DNA from: a virus
Taxonomy: Duplodnaviria; Caudoviricetes
IMG/VR virus record: IMGVR_UViG_3300032330_000878
Coordinates: 1-32,413 of that record
DNA: 32,413 nucleotides
Strand: one strand, 5' to 3'
The notes under the pieces were generated by a model. The model ran no database searches and was not told where the DNA came from. It was given only the letters and a program-made list of their open reading frames with translations. Made by a program: the position numbers and the translations under genes. Below, one piece after another: positions 1 through 8,956 of the stretch. The stretch's first letter is position 1; every line of letters starts with the position of its first letter.

Positions 1-1706
1 GGATAACCACCATTTGCTAATTGTTGAACTTTTGCAAATGAAGCGGATAATGTATTGGCTATTGTTCCACTTACCGAACCACTTAATACTCCAATAGTTC
101 CACTTACCGAACCACTTAATACTCCAATGGTTCCACTCACAGATGAACTAACATTACCAATTGTTCCACTTACCGAACCACTTAATGAATAAAGACTACC
201 ACTTACCGAACCACTAACTTTTCCAATTGTCCCACTTACCGATGAACTTACATTTCCCAAAGTTCCACTAATAGATGAACTTGCTAATGTTACAGTTCCA
301 CTAATAGAAGATGATACCCTATTTAATGCATCATTACTTTGTGAAACCGATGAACTAATAATATAAGCAACATCAACCGCTGACCCGGTACTACCTCCAA
401 CAAAGGTTGCACTTTGAGTTACATAAACAGGAACATAATTATTATTTACATCATAAAATTCAAATTTAAAATTATAAGTTTCATTACCAACTACCGTAGG
501 CATTGATGTTATAAATGAAATTTCATCAGGTGAAAAAGCAGTATCTTGTGATAATTTTAAACTAATATTTCCTAAATGCCATTGTCCTTGTGATTGTGAA
601 AAATAAAGAGATGCGGTTGGATAATCGGTATCTATTTTAAATGGAATAACTGTATCTAATAAATTTTTAGTAGGTTGTGTTCCATAAAGTGTTGCGATAC
701 TACTACTTGTAGAACCAGATGATATGTATATCCCTAAATTACTATCTGTGGATGCCGAATAAAATACATCTAAATTTAATTCATATGTATTTGTGCTTTT
801 TAAATCCAATGATTGAGTATATCTAAAATTTCCACTACCTGTTAAGCGAACCCCGGCATCAATTCTTGTTGAATTTAATGTGGCATTTAATGAACCACTA
901 TTCCATTGATTTTTTAATACTTCGGATGTAAATATACCCGTATTACCAACTACACTTCCCGATAATCCATATGAAGTCATTAATTCTTTTGATTCAACTA
1001 ATATATCTTGAATTAAACTATAATCAGAAATATCTCCTAAAGATGTTCTAAAAACTTTTACCCTTTTAACATCACCTGCAAATGTTTCTAAATTAGAAAG
1101 TTTAATATCGGCAAACGATTGAGTAACCGCTGATGCTACTTTACTATCACCAACAATAGAGTAAATTGGACTTAGTATTTCTGTAATATTAACTTTTGGT
1201 CTTTGATAAAATCTAATCTTAGTAGTATTTGCTAAAGATGGATTTACATTTATTACCTTTTGCCATTTTACATTATATTTACCCTCCCAATCGGTTGGTA
1301 TTGGATTTATTATACCATTACTATCTTCATATTTTTCTAATTCACCCAATATAGTAAGGGTACATGGGCCATACGCCGTATCAGGATATATGTAAACGGA
1401 TACTACTTTAGATACACCCTCAAAATATTCGGTAACAAAACTTTCTCCATTTATAGAAGATGAAATTAAACCTTCTCCTGGTTCATGATATATAACATTT
1501 CCTACCGCATCCTTTAATTCAATTTGTATTCTGGTATCACCCATCAATTCTTCTGACCCGGCAATTAAGAATGCATTTTTTCCACCTGTTAAAGTATCAG
1601 ATAATTCTGTTATTTTAAAGTATCTACTATTTGGGTCATTGTCTATTACTAATACCGAATATTTATCTAAATTTTTTGGAAACAATGTTTTTTTAATAAT
1701 AGCCAT
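1..1706 (-). CDS. Large virion structural / tail-fibre-like protein, runs off the left edge (3' end missing); absent from the ORF track
   Basis: ATG at 1706. My translation begins MAIIKKTLFPKNLDKYSVLVIDNDPNSRYFKITELSDTLTGGKNAFLIAGSEEL and stayed open in every segment I translated. It is Ser/Gly/Thr-rich, has 11-aa repeats near the edge, and has the late-type motif upstream. Confidence 0.8.
   Translation of the reverse strand, partial: MAIIKKTLFPKNLDKYSVLVIDNDPNSRYFKITELSDTLTGGKNAFLIAGSEELMGDTRIQIELKDAVGNVIYHEPGEGLISSSINGESFVTEYFEGVSKVVSVYIYPDTAYGPCTLTILGELEKYEDSNGIINPIPTDWEGKYNVKWQKVINVNPSLANTTKIRFYQRPKVNITEILSPIYSIVGDSKVASAVTQSFADIKLSNLETFAGDVKRVKVFRTSLGDISDYSLIQDILVESKELMTSYGLSGSVVGNTGIFTSEVLKNQWNSGSLNATLNSTRIDAGVRLTGSGNFRYTQSLDLKSTNTYELNLDVFYSASTDSNLGIYISSGSTSSSIATLYGTQPTKNLLDTVIPFKIDTDYPTASLYFSQSQGQWHLGNISLKLSQDTAFSPDEISFITSMPTVVGNETYNFKFEFYDVNNNYVPVYVTQSATFVGGSTGSAVDVAYIISSSVSQSNDALNRVSSSISGTVTLASSSISGTLGNVSSSVSGTIGKVSGSVSGSLYSLSGSVSGTIGNVSSSVSGTIGVLSGSVSGTIGVLSGSVSGTIANTLSASFAKVQQLANGGY
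61..324 (-). repeat. Eight tandem 33-bp coding repeats (11-aa unit, e.g. IGVLSGSVSGT)
   Basis: Units start at 61, 94, 127, 160, 193, 226, 259 and 292 (e.g. attgttccacttaccgaaccacttaatactcca). They are in frame with the 1706 ORF and have no spacers. Confidence 0.92.
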
Positions 1707-1719
1707 TTAAATCTTTTTA

Positions 1720-1728
1720 AATAAATAT
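1720..1728 (-). promoter_or_regulatory. Putative phage late promoter motif ATATTTATT
   Basis: Recurrent intergenic motif, 13 nt upstream of ATG 1706. Confidence 0.6.
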
Positions 1729-1749
1729 CTTCAAAAAAATTATTATCTC

Positions 1750-1758
1750 ATATTTATA
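1750..1758 (+). promoter_or_regulatory. Putative phage late promoter motif ATATTTATA (plus strand)
   Basis: Same motif in the opposite orientation, upstream of the only plus-strand gene (1809). Confidence 0.55.
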
Positions 1759-1801
1759 TAAAGAAAACTAATAAACTCTTTAATAAACTAAAGAAAACTA
1801 A
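1759..1801 (+). repeat. Direct repeats, candidate operator for the RHH protein
   Basis: TAAAGAAAACTAA at 1759-1771 and 1789-1801; TAATAAACT at 1769-1777 and 1781-1789. Confidence 0.5.
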
Positions 1802-1808
1802 ATAAGTT

Positions 1809-1994
1809 ATGAAATACGCAATGTTACAAATAAAAAAAGAAACCCATGAACTTCTCAAACAATATTGTGAAGAACACGGGTTTAAAATGGGAAGTTTAGT
1901 TGAAAATTTAATTAAAAAACACGTTGGTGTTTCTAAACCACAATCAAGTGTGTTGAAGGCTGATAAGGTTTTTGCTAAAAATCAATCCTACTAA
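1809..1994 (+). CDS. Small ribbon-helix-helix-like DNA-binding protein
   Basis: 61 aa. Alternating beta-strand (YAMLQIK), helix (KETHELLKQYCEEHG), turn, helix (MGSLVENLIKKH), the CopG/Arc/MetJ pattern. Confidence 0.65.
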   Translation: MKYAMLQIKKETHELLKQYCEEHGFKMGSLVENLIKKHVGVSKPQSSVLKADKVFAKNQSY

Positions 1995-2704
1995 ACTATC
2001 CCAGAATAAAAAGATACTATATTATATTTTATGTCTTTTTTGACTTTTTCTACTTCATGAAATAAATTTAAACTACTATCTAAAACCACAAAATTTGGAA
2101 ATGTTGGTTTTATTTTAATTGAATTATTATTTTTATCATAAAGTATTAAATTACCACCATTTTCTTCATCCCAATCAGTATTTAAAAAATATAAAAAAAC
2201 ACAAATTCTATCATCGGGTTTACCATCATCGTGTAATTTTATTTCACAACCCTTATCATAAAATTGTAATTTAGTATTCATACAAAACGAAGCATAATTT
2301 TTTTCCGAATAATATTTTTTACAAAATTGTTTTTGAAAGTTTGATAATAAATTTTGATTTATTATACTTGAAATATCATCGTCTAAAGATGTTCCAAAAA
2401 CCCAAGTTGGATAAAATTCACAATCTTCTATTTTTTTTAACATATACTCATGTGATTTTTCATATATGTAATCCGCAATATCTAAATTATTATCTCTTTT
2501 TAAAAAATCAATATATTTAATTTCTTCTGCATATGATAAATCTTTATGTTTATACCAATAATCATATTTTGAAAATCTTTTAATATTTTTATTGTCAATT
2601 TTTGATTTTAAATCCACAAAATCATTAAAATTAATTAAGTCTGAATAATTTTCTAAACTATCACAAACATATCCTTGTTCTCTAAATTGTTGTATATCTA
2701 TCAT
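1991..2704 (-). CDS. 2OG-Fe(II) oxygenase (prolyl-4-hydroxylase-like fold)
   Basis: HxD (LHDDG), FLYFLNTDWDEENGGNL and distal His (FHEV). Confidence 0.85.
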   Translation of the reverse strand: MIDIQQFREQGYVCDSLENYSDLINFNDFVDLKSKIDNKNIKRFSKYDYWYKHKDLSYAEEIKYIDFLKRDNNLDIADYIYEKSHEYMLKKIEDCEFYPTWVFGTSLDDDISSIINQNLLSNFQKQFCKKYYSEKNYASFCMNTKLQFYDKGCEIKLHDDGKPDDRICVFLYFLNTDWDEENGGNLILYDKNNNSIKIKPTFPNFVVLDSSLNLFHEVEKVKKDIKYNIVSFYSGIV

Positions 2705-2707
2705 ATG

Positions 2708-2716
2708 AATAAATAT
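2708..2716 (-). promoter_or_regulatory. Putative phage late promoter motif ATATTTATT
   Basis: Fills the short gap between the Mre11-Rad50 stop and the oxygenase ATG. Confidence 0.5.
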
Positions 2717-5700
2717 TAAAAGTCAATCTTACTAAATCCATTATCTTTTTTAATTTCAATCAAGCCATCTACAATATCTCTCATTTGTTCTAAATGGGAA
2801 ATCATCCATATAAAATCAAATTGTGTTTTAAGATATTGCATCATCATAAATAAAGAGGATAAATTGTCTGCGTCTAATGTTCCAAATCCTTCATCTACTA
2901 CTAAGAAATTCGGACGAGGTAAATTACATACATTAATAAGTGCAACTCTGATAGCAAGTCCGCTCACAAACTTCTCCATACCACTACACATCTCTAAGGG
3001 CCATTCTTGGTCTTCGTAAACAATCTTTGCATTGATAGATTTACCATCCATTTCCATTGTCACACCAAAGTCTACAACTTGTCCTAAGATATTGTTGATT
3101 TCGTTTTCAATTACCGGAAGTGCTTTACTAATCAACTCATATGGAATACCATCTCTCTTTACAGCATCTAAATAATAGGTGTATAATCGGTTCTTTTCTT
3201 CCAATTCCTTAACATCATTCATCTTTTGTTTGATACTACCTATATAAGTCTCTAATGATGAAATAGAACCATTTGTAGTTGCTATTTGTTTACTGATATC
3301 TTTAATATCCGACTCAATTTTCTTTTTCTCTACTTCTAATTCTTTGATTTGTTTTTCTAAATCTTTATTAGATTGAATTGTTTCTTCGTTTTCAAAATAT
3401 TTTTCAATATCATCTTCAACTTTATCCAATTGATGTTGTAACAATTCTTCTTTTGTTTCTAAACCAGATAATTCAGCTTCCGCCGTTTTTAAGATACCTT
3501 TAGCTTGTGAAAGTTTTGTTTTCAAATCATTCCACTCATTATATTGTTCTTCCACACCCTCCATTGTATCCAATGTTTGTTGAATACCAGTACAATCAAC
3601 CAATGCTTCTCTAAGTATTTCTTTTAATTGAGGTAATAATTCTTTTACTCTCATTGCATCTTTTACAAAAGTATTATCACAACAAAATTCACAATTTGGG
3701 TCGTATTTATGATTATCCAAATGTGCAATTGTTTCTTCTGCGGAACTTACATGTAATTTGGCAATATCATAAGTTTTAGTTGCTTCTGTTAATGCTTTTT
3801 CTTCTCGTTGATAATTTGAATATGCCGTTTCAATATCAACACTACCAAATAATTTTTTATCTTCTATTGATTGTGACAATTCATCTACCTTTTCTTTATA
3901 GATTTCAATGTTTCTTTCTTTTGTTCCATATGTCGTTTCTAAAGATTCTAATTTTTCATTGATTTCCTTTCTTTTTTCTTCTAAAGTAGGTAAGTCCAAA
4001 TTAGAATCAATTGGAGTAAGATTTCTACTTAATTCCAATATAACACTATCTAATCCACCTTTGTCACCATTTAATCTAGCTAATTCTTTTTCAAATTCTT
4101 TTAATTCACCTTTCTTATCTTTCAACTCATTTGCTTTATCTGCAAGTTCGGTTGTAAAGTCGGTTTTCTTAAAATTTTTGATAAGAACTGAAACTTCTTT
4201 GATATCTTCAATTGCTGTATCGTATAATTTATCAAATACATTTAATCCCATAAATTGAGCAAGTAAGTCCTTTCTCTCACTTTGAGACTTATCAATGAAT
4301 ATAGAATTATTACCTTGTAAAGATAATGTAGTCAATACAAAATCTTCATACTTACCAACATATTGTTCAATTACGGTATTTGTATCTCTTCTTTCAGTTC
4401 CATTCAAAGATACTTTTTCATCACCATCTACATACCAAAAGTTTACATCAACTTTTACATTTTTACCTTTGTTAATTGTTTTTGCAGTTCTTTCAATAAA
4501 GTAATCTACTCCGTTAACTTGAAAATTCAAATAACATCTAAATTCGGTCTTACGATTGTTTAGAATATTAGCTGCTTTAAATGCTCTACTACTTTTATCA
4601 TAAAGACAAAATGAAATAGCATCAAAAATAGATGATTTACCTTGTGCATTTGGTGCAAACAATCCCATCAATCCATTTAACTTTGTAAAGTCAATTTTAT
4701 TATCTTCACCATAACTGAACATATTAGAAAATTCAAACCTAATTGGTTTCCATTGTATGTTTCTTAAAGTATCTTCATGTACAATTCTACTATTTACATC
4801 TCTGTTAATATTTTCCAATTCTGCTAAATCCTTTTTATCAACGAATGGCATCATTCTTTCTACATACTCATTTATTAAAGAGTTTTGATAATTGATATCG
4901 GAAATATCTTCAAAGTCTAATTTATTACTCCTATCTCCTGTTTTCTTTTTTGATAATGAATCTGTTCTAATAATTGTAAAGTCCTCAACACCATATTTCA
5001 TTTTGATTTCTGCAATTACCTTTTTGGTATCGGCAGTATCGGTGTTTGACAATCTTACTCTCAAACGAGGGTGTTTTGGCATATCATTTACAACTGGAAC
5101 TTTACCATTGTCAATATCCATTGTATAATAACCATAATCATTTGGTAAGTCAATTTCTTCATAAGTCATTGTATCTAAATCCCATGCTAAAAAACCATGT
5201 CTACCCAATGTTTCACCAAAGTTTTGTTGAACCAATGAACCGGCATAAACTACCTTACAACCTTTTGGAGAAATCATCTCCTGACGTTTATGAATATCAC
5301 CTAATAAGGCTAAATCAAAACCATCAAATATATCCGTTGTAAAATGTCTACTACTTACTACATAACCAATATCGGTTTGAGAATTATCAACAGGTCCGTG
5401 AAATAAAGCAATCTTTTTATTACCAAATAATTTATCAGCAGTAATCCAATTGTCTTTGTTATCTAAAATTGAAAATACTGAAAAATCAACACCACCAATT
5501 GAGTAAACCTGTGTATCTTTTAAATAATGAAAGTTTTCTAATTCTAATGCATCTACAATAGGAGTAAGAACATCCATTCTATCCATATTGTTCATATTAC
5601 AATCGTGATTTCCAGTAATAAGAATTGTAGGACAAGTTTTAGCACACTCTTTGAATAACCAACTAATCTCATTAACTAATTCTGGACTCATTTCCAATTT

Positions 5701-5862
5701 AGCATGAGCAATATCACCTGCTAAGTAAATGATTGCATCATCAGTTCCTCTTTTACGAATTTCTTCAAACATCTTCGTAAATACTTCTCTATACTCTTTG
5801 TGTCTTTTCACATTACGGATATGAACATCCGCAATATGATAAATAGTTTTTAATCTATACAT
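2716..5862 (-). CDS. Mre11/SbcD nuclease - Rad50/SbcC ATPase fusion (T4 gp47+gp46-like), about 1048 aa
   Basis: Phosphoesterase motifs ADVH, AGD, GNHD, FHG, GDIH, YAGS. ABC-ATPase Walker A (APNAQGKSS), Q-loop (SLQG), coiled coil with CEFC hook, signature CSGMEK, Walker B VVDEGFGTLD, ISH. ATG 5862 is preferred over 5901 because it overlaps the upstream stop by only 8 nt. Confidence 0.93.
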   Translation of the reverse strand: MYRLKTIYHIADVHIRNVKRHKEYREVFTKMFEEIRKRGTDDAIIYLAGDIAHAKLEMSPELVNEISWLFKECAKTCPTILITGNHDCNMNNMDRMDVLTPIVDALELENFHYLKDTQVYSIGGVDFSVFSILDNKDNWITADKLFGNKKIALFHGPVDNSQTDIGYVVSSRHFTTDIFDGFDLALLGDIHKRQEMISPKGCKVVYAGSLVQQNFGETLGRHGFLAWDLDTMTYEEIDLPNDYGYYTMDIDNGKVPVVNDMPKHPRLRVRLSNTDTADTKKVIAEIKMKYGVEDFTIIRTDSLSKKKTGDRSNKLDFEDISDINYQNSLINEYVERMMPFVDKKDLAELENINRDVNSRIVHEDTLRNIQWKPIRFEFSNMFSYGEDNKIDFTKLNGLMGLFAPNAQGKSSIFDAISFCLYDKSSRAFKAANILNNRKTEFRCYLNFQVNGVDYFIERTAKTINKGKNVKVDVNFWYVDGDEKVSLNGTERRDTNTVIEQYVGKYEDFVLTTLSLQGNNSIFIDKSQSERKDLLAQFMGLNVFDKLYDTAIEDIKEVSVLIKNFKKTDFTTELADKANELKDKKGELKEFEKELARLNGDKGGLDSVILELSRNLTPIDSNLDLPTLEEKRKEINEKLESLETTYGTKERNIEIYKEKVDELSQSIEDKKLFGSVDIETAYSNYQREEKALTEATKTYDIAKLHVSSAEETIAHLDNHKYDPNCEFCCDNTFVKDAMRVKELLPQLKEILREALVDCTGIQQTLDTMEGVEEQYNEWNDLKTKLSQAKGILKTAEAELSGLETKEELLQHQLDKVEDDIEKYFENEETIQSNKDLEKQIKELEVEKKKIESDIKDISKQIATTNGSISSLETYIGSIKQKMNDVKELEEKNRLYTYYLDAVKRDGIPYELISKALPVIENEINNILGQVVDFGVTMEMDGKSINAKIVYEDQEWPLEMCSGMEKFVSGLAIRVALINVCNLPRPNFLVVDEGFGTLDADNLSSLFMMMQYLKTQFDFIWMISHLEQMRDIVDGLIEIKKDNGFSKIDF

Positions 5863-6058
5863 ATTCTTTTCTATTTGCATACTTACCTTCATTAAATCCA
5901 ATTGAATATACTTTTTCTATAAATGCTTTAGGAACTTTTACTAGATAATTATTACCATCTGCAGATGATATAGTTATATCCAACATTACCATATCTTCTT
6001 TATTTTCAAATACCAATGCTAACATTGCATCTGAAGCCACTTCTTTAATTTCTCTCAT
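5855..6058 (-). CDS. Hypothetical protein (67 aa)
   Basis: Fills the gap between primase and nuclease fusion in the same orientation, tightly coupled at both ends. Confidence 0.65.
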   Translation of the reverse strand: MREIKEVASDAMLALVFENKEDMVMLDITISSADGNNYLVKVPKAFIEKVYSIGFNEGKYANRKEYV

Positions 6059-6059
6059 A

Positions 6060-7001
6060 TTATAATTGATTTATTTTATTTAACAATAGTTCTTCCGATG
6101 AAAACTCTTTAGTTTTCTTTAGTTCTTCATAAAACTTTTCATAACCAATTTCGGAAGCATCTTTATCTTTCATATACATCATTTTCACATGAATACCCTG
6201 CTTTCTAAAATACTCAGCTGCTTTAAGCGCTTCGTTAATAGCATCGTTATCCAATGAAATAATAATATCAGTAATTCCACTCATAAAGATTTTTTCCACC
6301 AATGTTCTGGATGGAAATTTACCTAATAACGGAATTGCATTTCTTTTAATTGTAATTGCATCAAATACACCCTCACAAAGTATAATAGGTTCATTCCAAT
6401 TTACTTGGGAGTCAAAACATATTACATTTTTGCTGATTGGAGGATTTTTGTATTTCATTTTGTTTTCCGGGTAATACGAACGAGAAACAAAGTAATTTAA
6501 TGACCCATCGGAATTATATGATGGTATAATTACTCTTTGTCCATATAATCCTTCTTTGCAATATCCTATGTTATATTTGATTATATCTTTTTCCGTAATA
6601 CCTCTTTGAGTAAGGTAATGCATTGCGTGTTTATATTCCGGATTAAATCCTTTAGGAGTCTCACTAAGACTAATAAATTCTTTTGGTAGGGAAATGAACA
6701 CCTTTGTATCGGCGTCCTCTAAAAGTGGGTTATAATTGCTATCTCCGTAGATTTCTCTAATAATTGAAATAGTCTTTCTATCAACATCCAACTTCTTTAA
6801 TAATGAGGTCAATTTCTTACCACCACTATTGCAAGTCCAACAATGCCACTTTTGGGTTTCTGTATTAACTTGTAATTTTTGTTTGTGGTGATTGCAGAAA
6901 GGACAATAAAATGCTAACTCATTTCCTTTCAGATTGAGATAACTACCTAAAACGCCGGTTAGGGTAGATACGACTATATTCTTATCATTTTGCTTCAACA
7001 C
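6060..7001 (-). CDS. DNA primase (Zn ribbon + TOPRIM)
   Basis: CPFC...WHCWTC zinc-binding domain; YLTQRGI, RVIIP, KYKNP; TOPRIM CEGVFDA and LDND; KDASE; GTG start. Confidence 0.92.
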   Translation of the reverse strand: MLKQNDKNIVVSTLTGVLGSYLNLKGNELAFYCPFCNHHKQKLQVNTETQKWHCWTCNSGGKKLTSLLKKLDVDRKTISIIREIYGDSNYNPLLEDADTKVFISLPKEFISLSETPKGFNPEYKHAMHYLTQRGITEKDIIKYNIGYCKEGLYGQRVIIPSYNSDGSLNYFVSRSYYPENKMKYKNPPISKNVICFDSQVNWNEPIILCEGVFDAITIKRNAIPLLGKFPSRTLVEKIFMSGITDIIISLDNDAINEALKAAEYFRKQGIHVKMMYMKDKDASEIGYEKFYEELKKTKEFSSEELLLNKINQL

Positions 7002-7005
7002 CCTC

Positions 7006-7037
7006 TAAATATACGACAAATATTTGATATTACCAAA
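7006..7037 (-). promoter_or_regulatory. Bacteroidota-type housekeeping promoter (early/middle) for the primase operon
   Basis: Minus strand reads TTTG-GTAATATCAAATATTTGTCG(20 nt)-TATATTTA, versus the Bacteroidota consensus TTTG(-33)-N19-21-TAnnTTTG(-7). Confidence 0.75.
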
Positions 7038-7041
7038 TATT

Positions 7042-7467
7042 TTATGGTCTATTTTCCTCTAAAAACCACTCATTTGGGATGAATTTATCGGCATATTTAA
7101 ATCCGTTCTTTTCACACCACATTCCGTATGTAGTTTTAGAGTTTTTGCTGATTTTGTTCTTTGAATTGGAAAATACAAATCGTATATCCAAATTAGGGTT
7201 TTGTTCCTTTACTAATTGGTGTTTCTTACGGTCTGCCGCCACAAATCTACCCTTTGTTTCAACTCTAATACCATTTGGTAGTTTAAAATCGGGATGATAG
7301 TTATGTTCCGATGCAGGAATTATGTATGATACCTTTTCGGTTTCATATTCTACTTTAATTCCATAAGATTCTATTTGTTGAGATATGGTTTCTTCTAAAC
7401 CAGACTTAAATCCATACTTTTTTGCAACCCATTTTGGATTACTTTTTTTTGTAACTTTTTTAGCCAT
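7042..7467 (-). CDS. T7 endonuclease I-like Holliday junction resolvase
   Basis: FKSGLEE, YHPDFKLPNGIRVETKGRF (PD-ExK), DRKKH, LDIRFVFSN, KTTYGMWCEKNGF, IPNEW. Confidence 0.93.
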   Translation of the reverse strand: MAKKVTKKSNPKWVAKKYGFKSGLEETISQQIESYGIKVEYETEKVSYIIPASEHNYHPDFKLPNGIRVETKGRFVAADRKKHQLVKEQNPNLDIRFVFSNSKNKISKNSKTTYGMWCEKNGFKYADKFIPNEWFLEENRP

Positions 7468-7476
7468 TAAATTGGT

Positions 7477-7686
7477 TTATTTTTTAAAAGTATCTGAATA
7501 CTTTTTTTCGTTTAATTCACCACCTCTACCTACTTTAAATTTAGCAGCAGTTAAAACTTGCTCATCTGCTTTTTTCAAATCGTTTGTAGTATATGGAGTT
7601 TTTGCATTTACGCCAGCTTCAAATGAAATTTTATCAACACCTAATGCTGATTTGTTTGCTTCGTATAAGTCTAAAATTTTTGACAT
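7477..7686 (-). CDS. Hypothetical protein (69 aa)
   Basis: Intact ORF with an A-rich leader and the late-type motif upstream. Confidence 0.75.
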   Translation of the reverse strand: MSKILDLYEANKSALGVDKISFEAGVNAKTPYTTNDLKKADEQVLTAAKFKVGRGGELNEKKYSDTFKK

Positions 7687-7703
7687 TTTGTTTTGTTTTT
7701 AAA

Positions 7704-7712
7704 TATAAATAT
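7704..7712 (-). promoter_or_regulatory. Putative phage late promoter motif ATATTTATA
   Basis: Intergenic, 17 nt upstream of ATG 7686. Confidence 0.6.
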
Positions 7713-7716
7713 AAAA

Positions 7717-8883
7717 TTATGTATCAAATCGTATAATAAAGTTTACAGGTAAATCTGGATATGATTTTATAGGTTGTGGAAGTTTTGCTACTGCAACCAA
7801 ATCACAATTGTCATCATATAAACCAATTGTTGTAATAAATGGAGCTAAATAAGAACCTGTTGAATCCAATGATGAACTATATTCATATTGGTCAAATCCA
7901 CCTGATATAGATGCATTAACCGATGAACCAATACTATAATCCATAATAGAACCATTTTCTAAAATAGATTTTTTACGAATATATTTAACTCCTGGATTGG
8001 TAGTAACTCTATAAATTTTATTATTGGAACCTGTAATGAAAGATGTTTCTTTACCAATTTCAACTACGGCCGTCGGGTTTTGTGAAACATTAAATTCATC
8101 TTCATTTACAATTAACAAATATTCATGTTCATATATTGTTTGTGTAGATTTAAAAGATAAATCCCATGTAGATAATAATGATGAGTTTATATTTCTTGTA
8201 ATCGTTATTATACCTTGATTATAAAATACATTTCCTAATTTTGATGTTCCGGCATTTCCTTGTAAAAATGTTGCATTATTAACATAAATAACACCATTTT
8301 CATTATCAATTGATACTATTTCACAATTAAAAGAATCACCATCTATTACAATATCCAATGTAGCATCTTCAATATCTATAAAAAACGAATTTATGGTGGC
8401 CGTATATGGTGCACCTGTTAAATCGGTAAAATTAAATATACTTCCCGTTAAATCCAAATTGGTAAAAAATATTTGACTACCACCACCCGCTGCAATTAAA
8501 TTACCATAATTATCATCCACAAATTCACTACCATTATCTATAAAAGATACAGAACCTTTTTTTATTCCTTCACCAACATATATTTGTGGAATAGAAATTA
8601 CTTTAGCCGAACCACTTAAAAATCTATCTTTTGTAGCTGAATTATTATTATATACATTATTTTTATGACCTGTTCTTGTAAATGGATTATCTTCATTACC
8701 ATTATAAAACTGAGCTCTTAATTGTCCGTATAATAAATTTTTTGAAAATTGACCGGATAATACGGATGAGGTCATATCTGCCTCAAGTAAAGAAATTTCA
8801 GTAGACGATTGGTCAAATGTCCATTCTTTATAGGCCTTAAAAGGCCTAATACTAATATCTGATTTTGGTATTCTTTTTAACAT
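7717..8883 (-). CDS. Baseplate / tail-collar-like structural protein (paralog A)
   Basis: C-terminal ITTIGLYDDNCDLVAVAKLPQP resembles the tail collar-fibre (DUF3751-like) C-terminal motif; lies in the baseplate module. Confidence 0.65.
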   Translation of the reverse strand: MLKRIPKSDISIRPFKAYKEWTFDQSSTEISLLEADMTSSVLSGQFSKNLLYGQLRAQFYNGNEDNPFTRTGHKNNVYNNNSATKDRFLSGSAKVISIPQIYVGEGIKKGSVSFIDNGSEFVDDNYGNLIAAGGGSQIFFTNLDLTGSIFNFTDLTGAPYTATINSFFIDIEDATLDIVIDGDSFNCEIVSIDNENGVIYVNNATFLQGNAGTSKLGNVFYNQGIITITRNINSSLLSTWDLSFKSTQTIYEHEYLLIVNEDEFNVSQNPTAVVEIGKETSFITGSNNKIYRVTTNPGVKYIRKKSILENGSIMDYSIGSSVNASISGGFDQYEYSSSLDSTGSYLAPFITTIGLYDDNCDLVAVAKLPQPIKSYPDLPVNFIIRFDT

Positions 8884-8889
8884 ATCGTA

Positions 8890-8898
8890 TATAAATAT
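8890..8898 (-). promoter_or_regulatory. Putative phage late promoter motif ATATTTATA
   Basis: Directly downstream of a terminator and 6 nt upstream of ATG 8883, a position that needs a new promoter. Confidence 0.65.
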
Positions 8899-8901
8899 CT
8901 T

Positions 8902-8941
8902 AAAACTAAAAACCCACCAAATTAAGGTGGGTTATAGTTTT
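8902..8941 (-). terminator. Intrinsic terminator
   Basis: Minus strand AACCCACC-TTAATTT-GGTGGGTT followed by TTTAGTTTT, just after the stop at 8957. Confidence 0.8.
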
Positions 8942-8956
8942 TAATTTATTCTCCGA

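Noticed and set aside
61-324. 33-bp repeats as a CRISPR array
   Set aside because: The units are contiguous with no spacers, are a multiple of 3 long, and encode an in-frame 11-aa repeat.
5863-5901. Track start at 5901 for the nuclease-ATPase fusion
   Set aside because: It would overlap the upstream gene by 47 nt. ATG 5862 gives a short overlap and directly precedes the first phosphoesterase strand.
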